In this document: positions 51,431 to 62,011 of the stretch, one piece after another
Position numbering within the stretch: position 1 is the stretch's first letter
Layout: the number at the start of each line of letters is the position of its first letter
From: Orbicella franksi
Lineage: Eukaryota
Direction: 5' to 3'
Assembly (NCBI GenBank): GCA_964199315.1
Contig: OZ116709.1
Coordinates: forward strand, 2,728,001-2,792,000
Length of the DNA: 64,000 nucleotides
Notes under the pieces: generated by a model
What the model was told of the DNA's origin: nothing
Database searches by the model: none
What the model saw: the letters and a program-made list of their open reading frames with translations, nothing else
Program-made: the position numbers and the translations under genes

Positions 51431-53293
51431 ATGGTAAGCCTTGAATTTTAATCTTCTCAAGGGTTGCTTAATTCTTTCAATCAAAAATCCATCGTTAATT
51501 CATCTGATCTGTTTTATTTCTTGTGGTTCTCTAACAGTCTGCGATCTTCAACTTCCAAAGTTTGCTCACAGTGGTTCTTTTGTTGATCTGTACATGTGCG
51601 TACATTCGCTCGATCTACCCAGCTCTCTTGGACAAGAACAAACACGGGTAAGAAACAGCAGCGTTCCGCAGTTTGATTCTGGTATTGTTTCTTTCCAGGC
51701 GGTTATTCGATAAAACGCTTTTGTATTATGAGTGGTTTTGTATGTGCTATGCTTTGATGACGTGGAACATCCGATGTACGATTTTGGAATTCGAAAACTG
51801 AGTTGGCTTATGGAAATTGAGTTTCTATTCACATTGTGACCTTCCTCATTGCGGTCAAGCTTTTTGGTTTCAATTGATGGCTCTTTGGTAGGAATTCATT
51901 TGTATGGGGCCTGGGGCTAATTTGATTATTGTTGAGACATGCTAGCAGCAACATAATCATGTTTGACCAGCTGTATTCAATCAACAGAAATCGATACTGG
52001 GAAATCAATTGACACAGTTGATATCAATTGAGGACTGCTATTCTTGTCTGTTGAAGCACCTTTCCCTATTAGACAGCGAGTTCTTGGCACAAGAAAAAGG
52101 TGGCTCTGAAGATGCATAAATTGATTGGCTAGTTTCTTGGAGTGAAATTTTCACTCATTTAAACTAATCATGACTAATAACTATTTTCTTTCTGAAATTA
52201 TCACTGGATCTGACTAAAACCATTTGAATTCAAGAAGTTTGAAACTGGTTTACAGGGATAATTTTCAGTGAAATCCTCCTTGATATTGATTGTTGACTAT
52301 TGGTTTATTGATTGACTATGCCTGGCCAGGTTGCTCGAAAGGTGGATAACATGCTATCCACGGGATAAATCACTATCCATCAGATAGTGTGGTTCTAAAA
52401 CTTATCCACCAGATGGTGATTTAAGCAATTGAGCCACCTAGCCTCAAGCAATTGAGGCTAGGTGTTCTAACATCAAAGAATCTTGCGCTCTGATCTTTGT
52501 CGAGGCTGTTTTCTTCATTACTTGTTACCAAATGATTAAAGCCAGGCAAGTTTTATTTTCATGGATAACTGTTAGTCAAAGAGCTTCACTGGCCTTTGTA
52601 TGGTTATTGTTTACTAGCCAACCCTGTCAGAAACAAGCCCTGTGCTTCGGTGTACCTGTCTCTTTTGTGACTAGTTGTCACATAAGGCCTCAAGCTCTGT
52701 TCTTGTCAGATATTGTTGTCCAGCATATCACATTGAACGGAATCAAATGAAGTTCCCCTCTTGAAGTGGACTGTTACTTGCAATATTTACTTCATGAAGA
52801 CTGTACGTACAAGGTATTATTCAAATACTTGGTACATGTAGCTTTTTACTGATCCTTGATTTTTTTTTTTCTACTTTACAGTTTATTAGGAATTTTTTGG
52901 AAAGCAGCAAGAATAGGTATAAAGAATTCCTGCTTCATTTCTGATATAAGTTGTAGCAGAATTTTCAGTTCAATGAATGTATGAGACTTAACAAAAGTCT
53001 GTAAATGCTTTAGGAAGTTAGAGACTTTGTATGGAAATGGTTATGATATTGACAACAGTTCATTTGGATAACTTCCTTGATCCAATGTAGCATGAATTTG
53101 TCTGACAACTCTTTCTATTTATCAGTTTACATTTCAAACCATTTGCTCCATTTATTACACATTTTTGTTTTATCAGCTCATTATATTGCACATTTCTAGT
53201 TAATTTTTTGCATCTCTCCTAGGTGAAAGAAAAAGTCCTTATGTTGCTATTTGTTGTATAGCCATGGCTGCCAGTATTTTGTTTTGGCAATGA
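51431..53293 (+). CDS. TMEM167A: Protein kish (TMEM167), 72 aa; absent from the ORF track
   Basis: Exons 51431-51433 (ATG|gtaagc), 51538-51647, 52882-52916, 53223-53293 give [72 protein letters not shown]. Confidence 0.95.
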
Positions 53294-54624
53294 GATGATT
53301 TAATATACGAGTCCAGTAATGAAACTCAAGCAGGGAAAATAAACCAGACGGGGAGCAGACCAAGTGTCAGAAGAAAAGGAGAAAATTATGGACAGTATAA
53401 ATTTGTAGAGACTCAAGAAAATAATACAGGAACATTACTGTGTACTATGCATTGTGCAAGTTTGTAAAATAGCTATGTAAATTTTGAAAAAAAAAGCCCA
53501 ACTAAGTTTCATTGTTGCTCAGAATTTACTATATCATGCATGTTGGCTTAAAAGTCACTGTGGAATTTCTTGAATTGCTTGTTACAGAAAGTGATTAACA
53601 CCAATACCAAGAGTGAAGCATTAGCTAATTTAATCAGCTTGATTGTATCAGTGAGTTTATGAAAGGAGTCTTCAATGTACATAGTACTTCCTAAAGAGTA
53701 GAATTTTAAAAGTCAGCCAAATAATCCTCTGGAAAGAAAAAATTGGCAAAACTCATCCTGACCAGTCACTAGGTTACCACCTTAAAACTAATAGTTACAG
53801 AGGTAAAATAATAACTAATAATAAAGATATCATAATTCTGTCTTGTTTGCATTTCATTTCAATACGTCTTGTCTTGAATCAACATACTTTTATGCTGACA
53901 GATTAACAAAAAGATTTCTTGTTGTGGAGTGTAAAAATGTGCTAAGAACAAAAAAGTGGCACATGAAGGAATAGCATGTTACAAAACCTGTACAGAAAAC
54001 ACGATGAAGCCAAAGCTGGGAATTTTATATTTGCATTTAGGACATTAAACTCACAGGAGAGAGGAAAAAAAAGAAAAAACTCTGGCAGACTAACTTGTTG
54101 GGACATTTAATTGAGAGGCATTTACTGATTCCTTGAAGAATCAATCACTTGTTATGATCCTGACCCATTTGTAGAGTGTACAATGATAACTCGGCTTGGA
54201 ACAGGTGACAAATAACCCTTGAAAGTGCATAGATCTGCTGTTTTAGCTGTAAAGGATGACATAAAAAGCACACAGAGGTTGAGAACTTATATAGATACAT
54301 TTTTATTCTAAAATTAAAACAGGTGGTTGTTTGTTAATTATGGTGAAAGAGAATACCATAATGTTTCAAAGTATCCATCCAAATACCAAACAATGACAAT
54401 CATTTACCACTGACTACAACTTAAGTATTATTACAATTTGCCAATCACAAGTTAAGCTCCAATGAGTTCTTTAAGAACAATTTATAGAAAATGATTATCT
54501 GAGAGGAAATAAACCCAACCAGTACGAAAAACGTTTATAAACTACTTTTCATGGAAAGCAATCCTTAAGTATGGTATGACGTGTAAAGAACTGTAAAACT
54601 AACATGGTCAACTTAACTAACTGA

Positions 54625-54915
54625 CATCAGTTTTTCATGCATCTGTCCTGTTATCGAACATGAATTTTGTCATTACATTGTCTGGTTCCACAGACTACTT
54701 TGACAATATTAAGACGAAATTCACTGTCAATAATAGGACAGACGTATTAAAAACTGAGATCAATTTGTTGCTTAGGATAACAACTTGTCAAATTGTCCGC
54801 TCTCACTTGTTGACGCACCACATAAATTATAATTTCATGTGCCTGTCCACTTATTGACAATGAAAATTAGCCGATGACTGTGCAAGAATTTCTGCAGTTA
54901 TCGTAAAAAAAAAAG
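54625..54915. repeat. Probable interspersed repeat fragment
   Basis: Recognised by resemblance to a common anthozoan repeat (cattacattgtc...ttattgacaatgaaaattagcc...gttatcgtaaaaaa); recalled, not database-checked. Confidence 0.45.
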
Positions 54916-55368
54916 TGGTGTGATTTATACTCATGGTTACTGCATTCTTACTGGTTATAACTAAAAGTCCAAGATGAAAATGGTTTGTGTTACAATCTGA
55001 GCATTTGCAATACTGTATATTGACCACTAAAACTTGCATACCTTAGATAAATAAATGTTACTACTGATCTTGATGTTAAACAATGCTGTATGACTTTATG
55101 CAATCAGCAATAGAGATCAAAGAAAAGTTTGACGATATGAGATGGTAATGATCTATAGGGGAGCTTCTTATACAAAATCATTCAACCCAACTATGCAAGT
55201 GACCTTTGTTGGGCCATCTGCCCTTTTGTACAAATTGTGTAAAAAGAGTAGTTCATACAGCAGTTAATTATCAACAATCAAACTGTTTTTTTTTTTAGCG
55301 CAACAATCTTGATCTCTGTCTTTTCTGGTCTTGCATCATGTCCTTGTACTGTTTCTCCATTTTTTCAT

Positions 55369-58010
55369 CTATGATGAGACAACCACTTCTGTTGAGAAAA
55401 CAACTTCCATTCCTTGAAACCAGTTCAGCTCTGTCTGCTTTTTGTACAAGTTCTCAAAGGTGCGGATGTTTTTCTGCACAACCTCCAACTGGTGTGTGAT
55501 GTCTACAATCATTTTGGACTGAACCGTGTTCCCCAGGATCCCCCCATCATTTTGTGACATGGTACACAGCCTGGCAAACTCTTTTGCGATATTCTCTGGA
55601 GTCAGTTCCAATCCGGCATGACTCATAGTAGCTATGAGGCACTCAAATGCCATTGAGTCAACTTCCAACCACTTGGAGTTCTGTGCATCACTTTTTGGCA
55701 AAGGGCTGGTAAAGGTTAGACTTGGAAAACGACTCTTGATCACCTGAACTTTGTGTCTTGGTCGGAAACGACGTACCTGACGAGCTGGCTTGGTAGCCTT
55801 TGCCGCTTGAGCAGTGCCATATGGATTGCAACAGAGGTAACAGCGGCATCTGTGAGAGCAACCAGATGCATTTCTATAACAGGCACAACGTGTAAGATAG
55901 CCACCCTCTAGTGTCAGGCAGAACTGGGTGCGCTTCAGATTCTTTCCACTTCCCCTACCACAGCTACAAGAGAATGTCTGTTTCTGTATGTTTACACCCT
56001 CCTGGAAGCTCAAGACCATTTCACTGTCAAGAACCGATGGCTTGCTCTTGGGGGTGAGTGGTTCAGCACTGCTTGCATCATTGCCAGCTGAAACAGGTTC
56101 TGGGGTCATTCCTTCTGCATCTACTTCCAGTGATTCTTTATCCTCCCCATTGATTGCTTGATTAATGACATCCTCTGCTATGGTTTCCGTTGCAACATCT
56201 GGTTCAGTGACAGCTTCAGCTGTACTTCCTTCGGCAATGCTTTTTGGAGATACTACCTCTGATGTTTCTCCAGCAGAAGCAATGGTTCCTTGAGACACCA
56301 CCTCTGTTGTTTCTATAGTATTGGCAACATTTTCCTGAGATACTATCCCTGGTGTTTCGTTGGGACCTGTGGTAATCTGCTCATCCTGAGGATCTGGGTT
56401 TTGCAAACAAGCCTGTAGGTCCTCCTTGGTTTCTTGGTCAGTTGCTGGTAAAATTTCACCCGTTACAGCACTCTCTGTAATAGACTCCTCCATTGTCTCC
56501 TCATTCATACCTGCCTCACTGTAAGCCATTTCAAGGAGGTTTGCTGCAGCTTCTACTCCTTCATCGATATCATTTACTACTGCTGATGACTCCAATGAGG
56601 TTTCCCCTTCTGATTCTTGCACTGATGCATCCATGGATTTGTCTTGGTCAGTTATATCAGCTGAAGAGACATCCATGGAATCATCATGTTGTGAAGCAAC
56701 AGAATCATCAGCCTCTGCCTCAGTTTTGCCATCTTCATGGTTCTCTTCCTGAGAACCAGCTGTTTTGGGCTTCTTTCCTCTCTTCTTTGCTGGTTGATTG
56801 ACCTTCAGCAATGCCATCTTCTCTCTATATCGTTTCCTGCTATCTCTGCGCCTTGCCACGGGATCAGTCATCAGTTTTGGAAGCACAATGGAACTGCTAA
56901 CATATGTGCCAACATCATAAAACCCTCCAAAGCCTGCTGCATTGTATGCGACATGTATGCAAGAACCAATAATGATGGCATCTGATGGTACAACTGGGAC
57001 AATAGGAAAATGTTGAAGGGAAGTGAAGACAATGACTGGCACTTTTAAAACCTTTGCTGCTGCAATTGGCAGGAGATTTGACATTTCAGCTGAAAAAAAA
57101 GTAAAAATAATCTTAACTAATGTCTTCAGCAACTACAATGTGGGAAGACAAATGAACAGCACTTACTGCCTTTCTTGACAGGTTAAAGAGGAGCAGGACA
57201 CCTGATGCAGGTCACAGGGCTTCCCTATCAACTACGTTTTCACTTTTTCTCCAAATTCAATCATGGCAAACCCAAGCAACCAAACTAATGTTTAACACTT
57301 TTTTGTCAAAATATGGCTATTGCAAATGTTTAGAGTGCTGTTTTTCAGCAGCTACTTCATTTTACTGACTCACAGTATATTAGTATAAATCTAATAGTGT
57401 TCTATAACGAATGCCATTCTCTGATTGGCTACACTACTCACAATCTATTCTGTGATAGATAGTGAGTAGCATAGCAGTGTGCCCTTGGTAACAAAATGAC
57501 GGCTGCTTCTTGGCGTTTTTGAAGCGTCCGTGAAGAGGATTTAGATAAAGTTTTGAATGACTAGTAGATGACTAGTAGATTTTGGCTCTCGATTTCTATT
57601 GCATGATAGTTGACTTGGGCTGCAGCCTTGTCAGCTATTGTGTGATAGAAATCTCCAGCTCATAATCTAATTGGTTAATAGTTATTGATAATTATGGCTA
57701 ATAATGATTAACAAACTACATTTAGGATTAACTGAATTATTGGATTGGCGAAAATAAGACGTTCATCGATTAACTTGACCTAACCCAGTTGCTGACTATT
57801 GCCATTCTAACAATCTTTCTGGCCACACACTGAACCATTTTTCTGTAATACCAATCAGTACATAAGATTTTCATGTGGTCATTGTCAATGATCAGCCACT
57901 GGCTGTGCTGAAACATAGTTTCTAGTGACTTTGATAGCTCCCTTATAGTTTAACCATTCCCCAGTGGTTGTTAGCATAACCGACTGGCTGAACAGCAGGT
58001 GAATGTGCAG

Positions 58011-58042
<32 letters not shown>

Positions 58043-60891
58043 CCTCTGTATTTGGGTAGCTGCACTATTGTAAACAACGCATTGTATATTCTTTAGGTAT
58101 AATTAGGCTACGATTAGTAATTATAATTTGTTGTATGTAATCTATTGTAGTTATGACGTATTGTAAGTATTGTAACTAGTGTTATGTCTTGTGTTGTATT
58201 GTATGTATTATAACCCAAAATGTTGAAAAAAAATAAAAATTACAAAAAAAAAAAAAAAAAAAAAAAGGTGAATGTGCAGTCTGATTGGTTACACAGGGGC
58301 TGTCTGACTATTTCAACAGATGGCACTGTCTGGTCAATCAATAATTATTTAATTTCACATTTTTGTTAAGTTCATGATATATTAATATTTTTGGTCATGG
58401 ATCAAACCTTGGGTTATGCCAAGACAATTAGATTGCTTTATCTCTGTTTATGTTGATGTAGAAGGCATCCTTGAGCTTGCTGTCCGTCTAATAATTTTAA
58501 ATAGTCTAGCCACAGGTAACCCTGCTTGCAAAATGAGCATCTGTAATGAGGTTTTGCAACATTTTGCCACTCTTTAAAATACAGTTGCAATGATTGACTC
58601 ATACCTTTGAAGTATCCTCTTTTCCTGAATGCCTGAGCTTCTTCTGCAAAACTTATCATGTGTGAGACCAGAAGTTTGCTGTATTCTTCTTCACCTGCAA
58701 GCCACTCATCGCTGATCAACTGTCGCAGCACAGAAACATTTTCCTCTAGGCTGCTTCCTTCATCAGTGTGATATCCAATAGAGGCAAGGTGCTGTTTCAC
58801 TGATTCAGTTTCTGGCAAATCACTTCTCAGAATGGAGTCAAGCCCTGAACTGACTGCAGTGAAAAATCCATCTGCTTCAGTGGTATCCTTCTTTACAGAG
58901 AAGACCATCAACTGATAATATCTCAGTGTTTCATTCAGCCGTGTTTCATGATTTGATCTGTCATCAATAGCACATTCATTTCGGCTGAATAGGATCAAAG
59001 AACATGCCATAAGATGCATTAGACGAGGATTGATGGACACTTCATGCACGGCCTGTGTCTTTAGGATCTCCCATACTGACAGCAAATTGGATGCTCTTGC
59101 AATAACTTTCTTCAGAGCAGCCTCACTTAAACAGGTTTCACTGCCTTTTCCTTGGATCTCTGCCTCTCTGTTTCTACCAAATGCATCAAGTATCAAGCAC
59201 TGCAAAGCTAGAACATCAAAGGAGTAATTGGCAGAAGAGGAGTCATCATTTTCATCATCTTCAGCCTTGATAATCCCAAATCTTTCAGGACTTGGTGTGA
59301 ACCCACTGACTTCCAGCGTTCCCCTGTACTTTGATATTGGCCGGACAAGGGCACCTTTGGGTAATGAATTTGCTCTCCTCTCGTTCCACACGTAGAGAAG
59401 TGTTGAAATAAGGGCTAAGGCCATGTCGGCATTTAGGAACTTCCTCTCCAAGACAGGCTTCAAAATGTTGTGCAGCTCATCAATATTTTCACTTCCTGGA
59501 GAGGCTGGGATTTCTGACAGACATCCTGATTCTATATGAGTTCTTAGCTGTACGATCTGTCTCTGTGCTGCCAGAGTTAACACCCGCTCATTCCCTTCAA
59601 TGATGTCTTTCCAACCATCCACAAAGGCATCAAGGTTTTCAGAGATGACATCTGGTGGAGGTGTTGCTTCATTGCGGATGTCTCCCCTGTCTGTTGGGTA
59701 ACGCAAGGCCAGGGCGAAGTCACGAACACAAGCTTTGGTCAGCGGATTCTCTTCTCTTTTCTTTGCAGGGATTTTCCTCACAACTCTGTGAACTGCTTTT
59801 GACAATTCAAGTTTGACTGGGACCTCTATGCCATATGTTGCATTAAATTGGTCTCTGGTTTCACAACATTCTGGCACAAGAGCCATCTCCAGTTGTCTGC
59901 CTTGCCTCTCAAAACGTTGCTGCAGTCCTGCCAGGATGTCTTTCACATCATTTAGATCTTTTTCTTTGGTAAACTTCCAGGCTATCACCTGACCCTTTTC
60001 ATTCATGACTGTGTACATGTTCTTAAAATGGGTGATCCATTTTCCAGCTGTCTCCAGTTTTTCACCGATTGTTGTCGCTACTTTAAAGTAGTATCCAGCA
60101 GTAATGCGTTTGGCTGGCCATTCACTCATTCTCTGTATGTAGAACTGCTCATTGCCTTCAAACATGTGCACTATGCTTGACATTGTTGTCTCCAAAGAAG
60201 GAACTTGGGAAGTCTTGAACTCAGGAAATGCTTCCACAGCTGACTGATTTTCTGGATTCTTTTCAAGATATGACTTGACTTCCGCATCAAACTTACATCT
60301 GCGTTCTTCATAAGCATCTCGGTGCCTTTGCATCAAAACCTCTTCAATCTCGTGAAAGGTCATACCAGCAAGCACACAAGAATGGACCCAGGTGGCTAAC
60401 TCATGGGTAAAACCTGTTCTGTGTAACAGATAAAATGGGACTTGATATGATGAGGGAATGTTCTCCATGAGTCGTGGATCATGAGATATTATCTTGTGGC
60501 CTTTCTTGCAGGTATACAAGCGACTCACCAACAGTGTACAGCCATCACAGCAGTAAAGGGCCCTGGGAATATCCTGTGTTCCTCTAGAAGCCTTCCACCT
60601 TCCATAATTACCCTTGTTACTTGTGTGTGCCCTAAGCACACAGACTTCATTATCATGGATTTCATGAGGACAGGCTAACTCTGTCAGATTTGGAACTTGG
60701 TTTAAAGGATCCCAGAGAATAACTGCAGGTACAAGGAACTCAGCGGGTGTTGGAGGACCCAACCTCTCTCTTGGAACTGGAACTGGTGGGAGAATGGCTT
60801 CAGCAGGAAGTCCACCATCTGTTGCATCATACCTCTGCAGGAGTGACGTGAGGTAATCTGCTGTCTCAACATTCATTCCTTCCCTTTGCAT
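55369..60891 (-). CDS. Intact ~1,335-aa protein: Zisupton/KDZ-like transposase fold, OTU-like domain, acidic linker and CXC zinc cluster; probable domesticated transposon gene
   Basis: Coding exons (-) 60891-58605 and 57089-55369, joined in phase 1 (AAAG|gtatga ... ttttcag|CT); total 4008 nt. Motifs LWDP..LACP, PR.L....LLVSRLYTC..GH, VPS, MNEKGQVI, ECC, VKLELSKAVHR, GSENIDELH follow the Zisupton-type order. OTU-like LRQL..DEW...Y, AKVL.VP.IVFTS, VAY...GFYD. CXC CSCG...C...RC.C...C..RCRC..C.NP. Confidence 0.8.
57398..57685. repeat. Interspersed repeat ending in ttggttaata (intron of the transposase-like gene)
   Basis: The terminus is the reverse complement of tattaaccaa seen at 36335. Confidence 0.5.
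58013..58266. mobile_element. Retrotransposed insertion with T30 at one end, A23 at the other, and a 15-17-bp TSD
   Basis: ggtgaatgtgcagtc at 57998-58012 and 58267-58281. AATAAA at 58232-58237 precedes the A tract. Confidence 0.85.
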
Positions 60892-61840
60892 CTTGGAGTG
60901 CACTGAAATATTAAAAAGCTGATTTCATACATGTACTTGAAGTAAATACATGTCTATTCCTTCCAAGACAAGTATATTGTTGGTAGGGTGCTATTCTGAG
61001 TGGAAGAGGGGTTGGTACAGGTGGGTGATGTGTTACCAGTAACTCTATACATGTGCTCTGAAAAAACCAGAATTTTTTGGTTGAAACTTCAATTTACATC
61101 ATCAAAGTAATGATAGTAGAGGGGGTTAAATGCATGGACAGCATTAAAATATGCATAAACCCCAAGATCACAGGGCTTTCCTAAGCTGAACTGAGATCCA
61201 ATTAAACTAAGTGCTTTGATCTATTTAGACTTGACCCTCTGCAGGCACTTTTAAAACATTTTCGACCATTCTTAACCACGTGAAACCGCACACCTATAAA
61301 CTAGAACCAGTAAAATATCTCAGCCGCGCTTGATTTTAAGAAACGCGCAAAACGGCTGAAAAACTGATATCTTCTAGCTTCGCTAGCGCTTTTAATCAAG
61401 ACGCAAATATATCTCAACACAGATAGGAGAAAAGCTTTCCATTGACATAATTTCAAACCATCGACAACAAGCCGCAACTAAAGTTCTGAAATTTTCCATA
61501 TTCCTGGCGGCAACAGCCACAATGAAAGGAAAATTTAGCATTAATTCGTTGGCTCCATGACAAATCTACTTAGCTAATAACTACTTTCTCATCCGGCGAC
61601 ACAAAAGCTTCCCAATAGCTACAAAATAAACGTGTAGGCAGATGAAACAGCGGACATGAAGCACTTGCCACGTGCGAAAAACTGAACCACTTTCATGAGG
61701 CCTACATGTTGGCTAGTTTGCATATCGGTTAACACCTTTTTTTCCACTTTTGCTCTCTCTTCACGAAAATGCCCGCACAAATCGATGAAAGATACTGATA
61801 AATGTTATTTTTTCCCATTTAAGAAGGGAACGGACCTTAC

Positions 61841-62011
61841 CTTAAGGTTATTTTTCACAAAATTGATCTGCTTATGGCGGAAACATCACGACTCCATGTG
61901 AAGCGTGAACGAAAGTTGCTCAAGGGGCGGATGCCAAGCAGGAGCGGCTGCTATGTCTCCAAATAATCACAAGTGCATAGCTATAACACTAACCTTTGCC
62001 ATGTCATCCAG
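61841..62011. promoter_or_regulatory. Candidate bidirectional promoter/5' UTR zone between the transposase-like gene (-) and GXYLT (+)
   Basis: Strong minus-strand donor AAG|GTAAGG at 61841/61840. YY1/ETS-like atggcggaa at 61874. Plus-strand branch site actaac (61988) and acceptor at 62011 immediately before the GXYLT ATG. Confidence 0.5.

Noticed and set aside
55281-55393. Alternative-frame ORF after the stop of the transposase-like gene (SGCLIIDEKMEKQYKDMMQDQKRQRSRLLR), preceded by an acceptor-like ttttctcaacag
   Set aside because: No convincing phase-2 donor at a plausible distance; the nearest one creates a stop. Treated as 3' UTR.
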